Part shown: positions 9,528 to 22,900 of the stretch, piece after piece
How the letters are laid out: each line of letters begins with the position of its first letter
Numbering within the stretch: position 1 is the stretch's first letter
Program-made: the position numbers and the translations under genes
The notes under the pieces: model-generated
Databases searched by the model: none
Told to the model about the DNA's origin: nothing
The model's input: only the letters and a program-made list of their open reading frames with translations
Origin: a virus
Reading direction: 5' to 3' (one strand)
IMG/VR virus record: IMGVR_UViG_3300025151_000024
Coordinates: 17,435 to 81,434 of that record
DNA length: 64,000 nucleotides

Positions 9528-10950
9528 CTAAATCCTCCGTGAAACTAATTACTTTTTTCTTTGCTGTACCTAGAGATTCTTTTCCTATACCGGGTAGGCT
9601 TCGCCCAGCATTCTTTCCGATGATATACCCGCTATTAGATACATCTCTTGTTTTTACTACTGTAAAGAATGAAATGTCTAGTTCATCGAATAAACTCAAA
9701 TCTTCTTTTTGAATTTGTATTGTCGTATCCTTATTGGATAAATTACCTTCAGCAACAAATCCTTCACTTACACCCTGAATAGCACCTTCAAGCCCAACAT
9801 CTAAAGCGAGGAATTTGAAATTTGAAAGATTAGAATTGAAAGAATGTTCCGCTTCCATAATTGCATATTTTTTCCCTTTGTAAGTTACTAAATTACCCGG
9901 CCTTAAATCCCAACTGTTTGGATGCCCATCTGTTTCAATTGCACCTTTCATTAGAGCGGTGGCTTTCAAAATTTGACGAGCGACTCTTCTAGCGGCTCTT
10001 TCAGTTTTTATCGAAGAATCGAAAACAGGTGTATTAGTTGATTGAATAAAAGAGTCAAATTTACCCTGTTGTCTTGAACCATCATCAACTGTAACTTCGA
10101 CATTACTGTTTAACGCTAAAGGAATACCCGCTACTGTAACTCGATTTACTACGCTATCAACTGGATTTGTTCTTTCAGTACCTTGTCTTAAACTAGATTT
10201 TACCATTCTAGAAGCGTCTGAAAAATTGAAAGGTACATAGATAATATTACCAAACCTGTCAAAATACACCACTCTATTATCATGTCTTGAGACAAATTTC
10301 AAAGCAGAAAGTATTGGGATGTTCTTTACATCTTCAGCCAAGAAACTAGTACTATGTTTTCTTCTCGTTGAGGTAGCATTAGTAATAGTTCTAGGCATTG
10401 CTATGTTTACAGATGTTACATCACTTGTAATTTCTTTAGTTAATTGTAAGGCGTAATCGGTGGTTCTTAGCCCAATATCTACTGGTTGTCCCAAATATAC
10501 TTCATTTCCTGTAAAACCGATATCCTGTAATGTTTTACCCTGCATATTAGAGAGATTCGCTTTAATGCCTCTAGTATGAGTTTCAAAACTATTCAATTGT
10601 AGTCTTTCTTTTTGCTTTTCTTTTCCGTAAATTAATATCCTTTTATCTGAAGATGAAGATAGTTTTGAATTTTCATACCAAGGGGCATTTTCGTATCTAT
10701 GTCCTGCTCTTTCAGAATGAGTTATTTCTAGTGTAGAATTATTTTCTACAATTTCATACGAAGAATTTGAAGCGGTGTGATATGTAGCATTCTTTCTATT
10801 TTCAATCGTAACTTTTTGTTTGTTAGAAGTTTGGGGATTGATTAAACTGTAGTGAACTGCGTTATCAACAAAAACAGGTTTCCTTGTCTCAGTCATTATA
10901 GCGTCAGGACTCACATTGAAGTGACCAGCCGAATCTTCAACTAGTGTCAT
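9514..10950 (-). CDS. Putative baseplate hub / tail-tip protein
   Basis: VYFDRFGNIIY, VNRVTVAG, A.RVARQIL, LRPGNLV pattern typical of hub (gp27/Tal-like) proteins; position after the giant gene. Confidence 0.55.
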   Translation of the reverse strand: MTLVEDSAGHFNVSPDAIMTETRKPVFVDNAVHYSLINPQTSNKQKVTIENRKNATYHTASNSSYEIVENNSTLEITHSERAGHRYENAPWYENSKLSSSSDKRILIYGKEKQKERLQLNSFETHTRGIKANLSNMQGKTLQDIGFTGNEVYLGQPVDIGLRTTDYALQLTKEITSDVTSVNIAMPRTITNATSTRRKHSTSFLAEDVKNIPILSALKFVSRHDNRVVYFDRFGNIIYVPFNFSDASRMVKSSLRQGTERTNPVDSVVNRVTVAGIPLALNSNVEVTVDDGSRQQGKFDSFIQSTNTPVFDSSIKTERAARRVARQILKATALMKGAIETDGHPNSWDLRPGNLVTYKGKKYAIMEAEHSFNSNLSNFKFLALDVGLEGAIQGVSEGFVAEGNLSNKDTTIQIQKEDLSLFDELDISFFTVVKTRDVSNSGYIIGKNAGRSLPGIGKESLGTAKKKVISFTEDLDVGF

Positions 10951-13900
10951 GCGGCATCACCTGTATGGTCCGAAGTTCCAAAGTCCACATCTGCCTTGTG
11001 ACCTTTTGGATGTAAAGATTGGCTAAATCTCGGTTTTATATTGTAGTCTATTAATTCAGAATTCTTTCTTCTCGGTGCATCGCTTCTGTGGTGGAGAAGT
11101 GTATTTTCAGTAATTACTAATCTACAAACAGTATTGAACAATGTATCCTTATTGAAATTTGTAACTTCTGTACCTAGTAAATTAGCACCCATAGAAGACG
11201 GCACAGCATCATTGCCAGTGGACATATAGATGATAGGCATATACGGTCCATTTGCATTTGGAATAGCACGTGTATCAGGTAAGTTGGTAGTCGCAGTTCT
11301 TCCGCTTGGGGTGTTGTAAACAAACAGTCCGTATTTTCCACCGGCGCTACCTTGGAAGTAATCCCCGTCACTTTGTTTCAATGCTGAGAATTTACTTCTA
11401 AATATTTCAACGTGGTTTTTATCTAAGACTCTAACTGGTCTTACTAAGAATTGAATTGTTTTATCAGTATCATTATTTCTTCTAGTATCTGCGGTGTAAG
11501 TTGTAGTATCTTGGTATGGATTTGTTGTTTTATTTGAACCAGTTAAGGATGTTACACCCCAACCAGTATCATCGAAAAGACCAGCAAAATTTCTTGCTTC
11601 CAAAATATAGTCGCCGCCTAAAGGTCTCATGTTAGATGTGTGACTAAATTTCAAGACACCAGCGTTTGCACCATTTGTGTTATTGAAAGAGAAGTTTGTA
11701 TAATCGGCGTAACCAAGTGACTGAGAGCCTATGGAGTAAGCACCATGCAGTACGGTTCTCTGACCAACATTTCTATCAGTATGCAAACTGTGGGCTTCTG
11801 TATTAATCACAATATGGGATTTTTCTGTTCCTTCGATAGTTTCTGCATCAATACCAATTCTTGGGCTAGAGCGAGAAACTGCATCTTTGTGGGGGCTAGA
11901 ACCTGAAATTTCTTCTACTCTATCACTTACAACAGCCTCCGGCTTCAACAAACCATCCTCTGCAATTTCTAGTCTAGCGCTAATCCCACGAGGGATTTCA
12001 TCGGCTTGCAGTACATCGTTACGGGGGCGTAACAGACCTTCTCCAAAGGTTGGCTCGGCAGTGTTATGACTGAGAACCATACCTGTTGTATGGATAGGTG
12101 CTGAAATTTCAGTTAGCAAATCTTCATTGAATGCTGTTGGGTATCTAACACCCCTTCCGCCACCCATATCACCAATTCTTAATGCGTGTGTGGGAGCAAA
12201 GACATCTACTAAGATTGTAGATAAATTTGTATTATCGTCGTTTAATCTTCCACCAAATCTAGGGATTGTAAAGTTTGTAGTCACGCTTACTTCGCCGTTT
12301 GAATTAACAACATTCTTCAAATTGAAAATTGGTTTTCCATTATTCCAAACCCTCTGATATGGTGTTCTGCCGTTTGTTCTATCATATTCGTAAGCATCCC
12401 CACAGTCCCATGCTGGTCTAATACCGAATCCACGCACTGGAGCACGTCTTACAGCCTCTCCACGAGTATTACCCCACCAATCCACCATATAGTACTGAGA
12501 GGCCTCTACGAGCCTTGTAATGCCCTTCCCTTCTTCATCTCCCCACCAGTCTCTTTCTACCTTGTTGTTATTTCTTAGAGTTCTAACTGGAGAACCAAAA
12601 GGTCTAGTCATCCTTCGACCATCACTTCTTCTAACTTGAACTTCGTATTTGTCTGTACCCAACTGACCAGCGAAATTAGTCAATCTTTCCATTATTCCAA
12701 CATAAGTTGTAGGATATGTTTTCGACCCACCACCGTCTGCTTCGTTCCAAGTTCTTGTTTCGATTTGTACAAGTGGACCTGCCTTAAACCCAACACTAGT
12801 AGCAGAAACGCCGGAAATAGCATCTTCAAGAGCAGCACGAGTTGGGATTAGCCCCCATCTAGGTTTGTTAATCGCTTGACGCAAACTTATACGATAACCA
12901 AACGGTAATCTGTAAGATTGGCCTGTTGTGATTTTTGCTTTTGTTATTCCATTAGTTCTTGAGTAAGCAGCACCTATTGTGGTGTTATCATACCAGCGAT
13001 ACAAATCATCTGAACCGTAAGCCCTCGGAACTATCCAACTAGCAGCAGCCTGTACGAATACATCGGGTCTGCTACTATGAGGGCCACCACGACTACCACA
13101 AGGCCAAAACCGATTCAACATGATGTAATTTGATGCTTGGTCTTGTCCTGCTTGTGAATGTGTGCTATTTGCAACTGTAACACTTCCATCTTTAGTTGAA
13201 TTAGGAGTCTTTATTTTCAAATCAAATGGCCCAAGACTCATTCCATAAATTGCATCTTGATATCTAAACGTTTCAAAATGTTCGGGCATTGAATTGTAAG
13301 ATTGCTTATCTATTGCCCTATCATTTGTATCACCATTCCATGTTCTTGTAGAATCAGAATAGAATGTATATGGTCGGCCTAAGTTATGATGCCACATACA
13401 TAAATATGCATCAGGTATATGTAAATTAGATGTATCTTTTGTACCTGTTTTTAATCTATCTAAATTAGTTGCAAATATACTCTTATCTATTTTTGTAAAT
13501 ATATCAACTGAAGGCATTGTATCATATGCTCTAGTTAATCTAATTACAGTTTCACCATCTACAATATTAGATACAAACCCTGTTGCAGATACCCCAGTAA
13601 ATTGATTTGCTACATTGACAGTTCCATTTTGAAGACCACTTCTTCTCGTATAATCTGAAGTTCTGCGTTTTCCATTAGAATCTACATATTCTAATTTCTG
13701 TCCATAATATGGTGTCTCAGGGAATATACTAGCATCATCAACAGTTACAGTTGTACCTGTACTACTTACAACAGTTGCTTTTGGATTTAGAGATGTATTT
13801 TGTAATATATGCGAATATATGTCAGGATATACAGATGGATATCCTGCAATTGTTAATTGCATTCCTATATTACCAAAAGTACTTCTCGATACTTCATAGT

Positions 13901-16900
13901 AATTATCTAATTTAATTTGAGATAAATGTCTAAATCCATTTGCACTTGAATCATCAGGTGCTACTTTATGTAAAATACTCCACCAAGGTATATTCAAAGT
14001 AATACTTGGTGTGGCGTTTGAGAACATTTTACTATACGGGAATGCTCTTCTTGTAAACGAAGGGCTTTCACTCATTTCAACTCCGAATGGATTGAATAAA
14101 GACAATGGTGGTATTTTGTTAAATTGTGAACCAAAGTCAGGCTCTTGGTCAAGAATAATCTCATTGATGAATACTTCACAACCTCTAACATCTGCTTGTG
14201 TCGCTTCATCTAAGTATAGAACTAAAGCACCAACAGCGGCAACATACTCAGTTCCAATAACTGTGTGTACTTGTTGACTTGTTAATTTCTGTACACTATT
14301 GTAATAGTGATACCCTATGATTTGACTATCGAATAAATTCGGCTGTATTACAATTTGATAAGCCCCGACTTCACGAGGGTCAGGGAAATGATGTTGAAGT
14401 GAATACTTCTTAGCAGCCTCCAAAACAACGGTATGTCCACCTGCTTTGTTAATTACACCTGCATTTCCTCTAGAGCCTAAAACACCGTAACCATCCCATT
14501 TTACGCTAGTTTCAAACATTAAGGTGAAAGCACCGCCGTGTATATCGCTAGGTGTGCTAGGTGTAGCGGTCATTCCACTAAAGAAAATTTCAGGTTCTAA
14601 AGGATTCATTTTGTCCGTAACATTTGAAGAAATATCTGAAGAAACAGAAAGAGGAGTTTTTTCTTCGTTGAATAATTCTCTGTCTCTAAACCCTTTGACT
14701 GAAGAATTTTCAGCAAGATGCTTCCTATACACACTTTGGTAGGCAGGGTGAGCCCAATGCCCCGGTAACATTGGCATAGTGGCTGAAACAAAATGATGAC
14801 CCATTCTAGGATAAGGCATTGGTGTAAGAACTGGCTTTGTGTAAATTGTGTGGGCTTCTGTATCTGAATTCACACCTGTGAAATATTGAGTATGAGCCAT
14901 ATCAGGCGAAGCACCACTTACTTCTGCATGGTCTCTCATACGCTGTGCAGCATAGAATCTAGCACTTCCCGCTGGCATATAGTAAGATGGCACTATCTTC
15001 AAATCAGTAATAGTTTGAGCAGCAATAAAGTCTGTAAAGTCCACATCGCCAACAACACCCGTAAAGGTAGTTCCTGAAATTCCAGTATATGATGCAACCA
15101 CCGATTCTTCAGTTGTAGGATTGTAAATGCGAATGAATCTTCTATCGTCACTTACTTCTTTAGTACCAAAGTCAGCATCGTAAATTCTTGTATTTATTGT
15201 AGCATTCACCGTAAGTACTGAAGTTGAAGAATTCCAAGAAGAACCTGTAAGAACTTGATTTTCAACACCATTTGAATGGGTGTAAGTGGTTGGGTATCTG
15301 TGGGTATGGCTGTGACCCATTTTTGTTACATGGAAGAAAAGAGTTCTATCATGTAATTCGTATGTGGTTTTTAATGGTGCATTTTCTGTAGCATCCACCC
15401 AGCCAGTTTTGATACTATCATTTGAAACTGGGTCAATATGTTCCCAATTCAAATTTTCATAAGTTGGTCCTAGTCGTAATTCTCCACCATTATCATTTGA
15501 ATCGAAAAGATGCTTTAATTCGGTTTCATCGAGGTTTGCTTGTAATACCCCTCCACTACCGAAAGTTTCGTTTTGATGTGCCATAATAGGGTCAAACCCT
15601 GAACGAACTAGGATATTACCCGGAATAGTTTCAGGGTCAGGTAAAGAGACCATTAGTGCTGGCTTATTGCCGCTGTTTGCAAGAGAAGGAGAACTGCCTT
15701 TTACACCTCTATCGTCTAATACTCTAAAAGTTCTAATTACAGTTCCTAATGGGCTTCCACCTTCTACAATATGAGTTTCTCCTGAATCATCAACTACAGA
15801 AATTTCTTCAAATTGAATTTCTTCATTTGGTATCACCAAAACATTACCAGTAATTTCTCTATGCTTATCTGCAAGTTGTGGTTGCTGTAATTCTTGAGTT
15901 TGAATTAGAGGGAACATGGCGCTATTTGTAGTCTCAAAACTAAATCGTACATTGCCGTATATTTTCTCCCCATGTGTGTAGGCTGTATCAGATTCAACTC
16001 TTGTAGTCCAAGGTACAGCGCCTAAACCTCTAGCATTCAAAGCAGGAAGAGATAAATTACCACCATCCATTCTTTTCCAAACAATATGCTCAGTTGAAAA
16101 GTTTAGGGCAGAGGTACGTTTGTACAAATCAAAAGCGTGAACATCTCCTTTCCAAAAATCATCAGGATAATCTGAATCTGAAGTATATGCAGTACCAGTA
16201 TAAAATTCAGGAACTACATTTCTTTCAGTGGTGATACCTGATTCTAAATTTTTAGAGCCAAGAGAGAAGTCTAAATCTGTAATTAAATCACCAGTTTTCG
16301 CCCTATCAGGATTTGCATTTTCTAATCTTAAATCTGTAACACTTCCAGTGTGGAAGGTGTAAGCGCCCAAATCTGTGGCGTAACTAGGCAAAGCGGTGTT
16401 ATCCACAATTAACGCTTCAACATTAGGACCAGCATGGGCTGGTGCAATGAAACGGTCTTGAGAATGGAATCTTTCATCCCATTTTGTTGTCCCAGCATAT
16501 TGTAATTTATTATTTGCAACACCTTTAGAAATTAAGAAATCCCCAACAGCAATAGAACCATCTCTATCTTTTTTCGCTATCAAAGCAAATTCAGATTCAG
16601 ATGCTACTACTAAAAATGCGTGTCCAAATAACCCTTGTGGGTGTGCTAAGTCTGCCGGTAGTGTTGATGTGATATCATAATGTACAGGTTTAGAGTGAAG
16701 GGTATCCGGTGCATTATCATCTGTATCTTTTCTAGCGTATGTTAAATTATTAGTGGTATAAGTTACACCTGTGCTGCTATCGTAAGGGTCGTTAATGTAA
16801 GTCATCAAACTAGAACCAATACCGTCTACTGGTGGTAAACTTTCAGGAGACCTCGCTAATGGCGCTACAATAGGCATATGGCTCAGGGTTTCAAGCATAC

Positions 16901-19900
16901 CGGAACTTATACCATAGGGTGAAAATGCTAGTTCTGAATGCCAAGCACCTAAACCAGCAGAATACCCTTCTGTACCTATTTTTAGGCTGTTTAGATAGGA
17001 GTATCTCTCGCCATGCCAACCCACTGCACCAATTGGTCTAGTGCGGTCTATTGCGTCTACAAGACCCGAAAAGTGAGTTTGACACATATGGTCTCTAGAT
17101 GATGCATTTTCGTTATTGAATCTGTGAACACCCGCTTTAGACCACACATACAAATTGGTATCTGTACCTCCAATTGTAGGGTTAGCAGATGGATTTGCTA
17201 ATGTAACGTAACTTTCAAATTCAGCGTTATTTGAAACTCTATTAGGTGCAAGATAGAATCTAACTTTCCAAGTACCACTATCCTCAAACACTTCTCTAGA
17301 ATGATAAGAAGCCCAAGCAGGGACAGTTGTACTTGAACTTCTATCGGCTTTTAGCCACCCACAAGCGGGTATCTGTTCTAGTGCAGTTTTTGTTGTAATA
17401 GTTGAACTTGAGAAATCTAAATAATTAGGCGCAGAAGAATTATTGTATGACTCAAAAGTGTCTAACTCGACCCAACCATATCTATCTTGACGCATAGCGT
17501 TACCCATAGAAGGCATATGAGTGCCGCCAATGGCTTTCAAAGCACCAGCGCCGGGGAAAGAATTGATTGCTGCTCCTAAAACAGTGGCTAATTCATTACC
17601 ATTTTGACACCTAGTAGCATCCACAATAATATACTCCATATCAACATCTGAAGAAACTAAAGCACCTTCTGATGCTGCGTAATCTAGAACTTTAGTGGTA
17701 ATAGGTCCAGCCACTCTATACGCTGTTGGGTGTAATTGTGATGAAGCACCCCAAGTTGTTAGAATAGTATCAGATTTAGGATGTGGTGGGTTGAATGTAA
17801 TTTGGTTATCCATCCAATTACCGCCCGGATGATAACCACCATCCATATGGAAAACCATATCTGCGCCAGTAGCGATTCCAAATCCTAAAAGTGAATTATG
17901 TCGTAAAGGCATAGAACGTTTAGTATCATCATTGTTCGCAGTAGAACCGCCATCTACGAACATTTGACCATACATTCTGCCGCTTTCAGGTCTTTGATTT
18001 AAAACGCCAACTATTGTTTTTCCTGCTGCCGTTTCCCAGTTTAATTGAGTTCTCCAGTGGAAGCGATTCCTTGCAGTATGGTAAGTTGAAGATAGAGGCA
18101 TATAATCGCCTTCATCGTTTTCAATATGGTTAGGCAGGAAAGTACCTTCGGGAACAGAAGTCCAACCGTTTCCAGCAGTAACTACTCTACCCGGATGTGG
18201 TTGTGCTGTATTGTAATTGATAGAACTAGAGTCTGCTATTTCTTGTGTGAAAGGAAATGATTGCCCCGGTCCAAATATAATGTAAGTAGTTTTATTTTCA
18301 GTTCCATTAACATGGTCTTCGTATCTAGCAGTAGGGTGTGCAAATCTCAGAACTAGTGGGCTTGGTTTCTGCACAACAGTGTTATTTGTTGAATACGGAA
18401 CAGAATTAGGATGGTCGCTGTTAATAGTCCCTGCGCCTGAATCTAAATCAGGAGATAATATGTTATCTCTATTATGTGCTGGTGGAACTAAAGAACCTCT
18501 ATGTTGATTCAAAAGTGGAGTACCGGGGAAGAAAGCCATCATAGCGTTAGCATCTAAAATCGCGTGGCTTGTAACAATCTCATTTGCGTTTTGAATACCA
18601 GCAACCCCTGTAGGACCACTTGCGTATGGATGGGTATAGAAGTCTGAATAATCATTCATAGTGCCGTCATTTACATCTAAAACGACACCACTAAACCCAC
18701 CACCAAAGAAGACTGGTACACTATGGTCAGCACTACTTCTACCTCCTGAGAATTTTACAATAAGAGGTGAATCTACACTACCTATGGAGCGAATACCATC
18801 TATTTGTTGTGTAGTATCTAAATCACCCTTTACAGAAATAACACCTTCTGAAGAATTATCAATATCTCCTTCTCTAAATGCTTGTGTAAGTTCTATACTC
18901 TGTGTACCTGCAATCGGTATTAAAGTAGTTAAAACTGTTCGATATGAGTTAATATTAGCACCTTGATGACCTTCTACTGTAACTCTAGCGCCCGGCCAAA
19001 AAGATACTGTTTTAACTTCTGATACTGATTTTACAGTCCCTGTATCTTTACAGGCTGGTGCTAAGAATCCCCAAATAGAATTATTTAAACCTGAAGTTGC
19101 CATATAAATATGGGTTAAAGTGTTAGAAGAAGAATTTAACCCTTGATAGAATAATGAAGGGTTATCAATTGCGGGTAAGATGTGGTCTCCTGAAGTTTTC
19201 GTAAAATTATCTCCATTGAGATTTTTACGCCATGTATCAATAAAAGTATTATTTACTGGTTCATTTAATGAATCTATTAAGGTAGGAGAATTTGAATTTG
19301 AATTTGGCCCAAATGATTTACTCTTTATCTGTAACAAAGTCATAGGGATGTACCCACAATCAACCCTTCTTCCAGCATCTAAATTAGCATCAGTAACTGC
19401 TCTACTTGTACCAAAAGCCCATTCTGCGCTATTTTCTAAGGATTTTTCTATTTCTCCATATTCTAAATGTGCAGCCCTAATACCGTAATCTTGGTGTACT
19501 TCTGCTGTGAAATATTCACTGATTGGTATAATTTTTCTATTAGGATTAAACGCTCTTATCCTTATACTATCGGCCTTAACTCCCCATTCTCCAAAAGTAC
19601 GACCATCTGCTGCAAGCATTTCTCTACAATCAAAAGATACTCCGCTTTCTTCATTTACATCTACAGCGTTTATTGCAGCGGCGGTTACAGCACAAAGGAG
19701 TTCATCTGTAACTAGAGTAGTCCAATTTAATGATGGAGAAATTAGATAATTAGAAAATGAGGTATCTGATGATAATTCAGAAGTTATGCCGTAAAACTCA
19801 TGAGGGCCATTAAAGTCATTTTGTGTTCTATTTTCATAGTATAGAGTAAGACCAGTATTCCCACTACCTGAAGTATTTGTTAACTGTATTCTACCATTAG

Positions 19901-22900
19901 TTTTTGGGAATCCTAGATAACCTAACAAATCTGTATGTGTTAAATCTTGAGTAGGTGTTGAATCATATGGGTCAGAAAGAACAGCAACTAATTTTTTGGG
20001 AGCATGGATATATTCTGAATTAGTTGTCATATGCAATGCTATATTTTTAGCAGGTACAGGATTCCAAAGACCGCCGTAATATTCTTTTTTAGTATCACTA
20101 GAAAAACCAGTTAATCGCCCAGTTGCATCCCCTGTCCCTACCATATGATGACCTAGAGTGAAACCACCCTGCCCTACACCTCTATCATCGAAAAAGACAC
20201 AAACTTCCTCATCAATGGATTCGGGTAGTTTTGTATTATCATTTTCAAACGGTGTACCCATTTGTGAATAAATAAATCTAATTCTAGATTTTTGGCCTTT
20301 GTGATTTTCTAATTCTATTCCGTAAAGTTGTTTATCACCAATTTTTTCGTTGCTAATTTCTGAGGCAGGTACATAACTTCCATAACTAGTTAATGAAGAA
20401 TTACCGTATCTTCTAGCAATTGAATTATCACCAGTTCTACCCATTCCCCAATTTCCTGCTAATGGCTTCCAACCCGGTACTCCCGCTTGTGTTAAACCAC
20501 CAAAATTAACTCTAGCAAAAGCGTGAGTTCCTGTTCTCAAACCTTCTGTGAAAGTTTGCTCTTTGGAACTTTCAAAAGATTCTGCATTTACAGAATTGAA
20601 GCCTGAGCCACCAGTCGCATTCGATATTGCTCTCAAAACTGGGCTACTGGTATTATCATCTCTAGGTGCAAAATCAGAATTTACAGATGTTTGGATATCG
20701 TTTTCTTCATTAGTTAATTGATGAAGAGTTGTAATTGGGGCAAAAGGTCTTCCATTTTTATCTAAAGGCATAGGTGCAGGGTGCATATTTTCTCCATCTA
20801 TTTCATCAGGCTGTCCCCAAAATGAACGCCATCTACCACCATGACCTACAATAAATTCAGGTCTGTATGGTGATTGCCCTTTGCTGTTATCTAACCAAAC
20901 ACAAAAATTCCTTCCGCTAGCACCGGGAACTGTGCTGTGTATTACAATCGTAAAACCCTTATTTCCGTCTGTATCTTGAACTTCTCTTCCAATATGTGCC
21001 CTAATGTAACCCATATGTGTGCCTCTATCTTTAGAGGCGAAAGCCCTGTTTTCATCCCACCAAGGCGCAGGGTCGTGAGCACTACCACCTTCTTGGAAAC
21101 TAGACTTAGGAGCAGCGGCTTGGTTGATTTTTCTAATTACCTCATTAGCGGCACTTTGAATATTTGTTACACCCTCTGATTCTCCAACCTCACCCAAATC
21201 AATGGTTAATCTTCTTACAAAGTCCATTTGAGTCCAATGTGGTAAATGCTCAAGTCTACTTTCATCATGATTAGATAAATCCAAAGTGGTATTTCTTACA
21301 CCCTTTAGAGAAAGGAAGGCCGGAATTACTCTAGTTCCATCAGGTGTGTCAAAAAAGGTACTAGGTTCTCTTAATGAGGCATTTGAAGTGCCTACTCTTA
21401 ATTTCTTTAAAGCAACAACAAAAGAAGATTCAAAACTTCTAATTCTTGAAAATTCATGTTTTACAGTAGCGAAAACCGATAGTAATGTTTCATCAGATGT
21501 TCTACGCTGAATGCTATCCCCAACTGCGTAGTTTTTGTCTCCACCTGAAATTGAATATCCTAGATGCACATGGTGACCATGAGCCTTTCCGTAAATTGAA
21601 GGAGAAGTAGCACCTGCACTAGATGTTGCTAAATTTGCTGGTAATGAGCCGCTTAACGGCGTTAAAACATCAGTTCCTATTCTATTCGCAATGTCATGTG
21701 CATAAGCAGATTCAATGAATTTAGATTGTTGAGTTGCTCTCAAATATGGATTTTGTGAAGGGAAGCCGTTCGCTACATCTAATTGAGTTGTAGTCCAAGA
21801 AGGACCACCACCAGTAAGAGTTGCTGTGTATTCTGCTAAATCAATCAGAGAACCGTCTTTAACAAATTTACGAGGCCATCCAATTTCTGCTGTTGCTGCT
21901 GAAGACTGAACTTGCATATGTATATCTTGGAAAGCGATAAACTCTCTATCATGACCTACATCATAAAGTAAAACTCTAGCATGACCTTCAGCAGCAAGAT
22001 ATGGGTCAAGATAGGCTATTGTTGGTGCTTCGGCAGCAGTAAGACCGAGAGCCTTGTAATTTTCTTCAATGGTCTTATTGACGTGTTGAACATAATTTCT
22101 TGCGGTTTCTAAACAATTTTCCCCAATCAAGAAATTTTCTAACGGTACACTATCTCTTGGCTCATCCGAAAGTGTGCCTGTGCCCCCAGTAAATCCTTTC
22201 CAAACCCGATTTTCGTTTAAAACACCTCTAGATTTAGAAAATAATCCCTCCATCGCATGAGGATTATTCAAAGTCATGTTACACCAAATAGTGTCCCCAT
22301 TCCTTAAACCACCAGCAGCGTAAGGATAAACCCAAGAGCGATTTAAAATTGCATCAGGGTCCTCAACAAAGGCATTACTGAATGAAACATATAATTGACA
22401 ACCAGTGGCAGTAGCGCCAGCATTTGCAGTTAATGTTACAGTGTAATCATTAGAACCTGAAAAATCTCTAGCACTAATTTCTGAAATTGTTCCAATAGGA
22501 GTTAGAGCAGTATAACCTTGAGTACCACCTGTAGCAAAAACATGGTCTCCTACACGTAAGTTCGCCCCTAGTGTGTTAGAGGTTAGAGGTGTTGTTTCAG
22601 TCGAAGTGATAGTCACTGACGTGCTGCCAGCAGTAGAATTGATTCCCCAATCAGTCGCAATTGCACAATATGTTTCGTATTCTTCATCAAGAATTGAATC
22701 TGCTGCAATTGCACTGATATTAGTTCTGTTGAAATTAATAATCGCTCTACTTCTTCTACTTAGTGTGATTTGTTTCCCAGCAGCCAGCCATGACGGAACA
22801 GTAGTTCCGGTAGCATTGTAAAACCCTAAAGCGATTGTGTTTTCTGCAACATTCTGACTGTCTGCTGTTCTTATTCGACCGTAATAATGCAATCTACGGG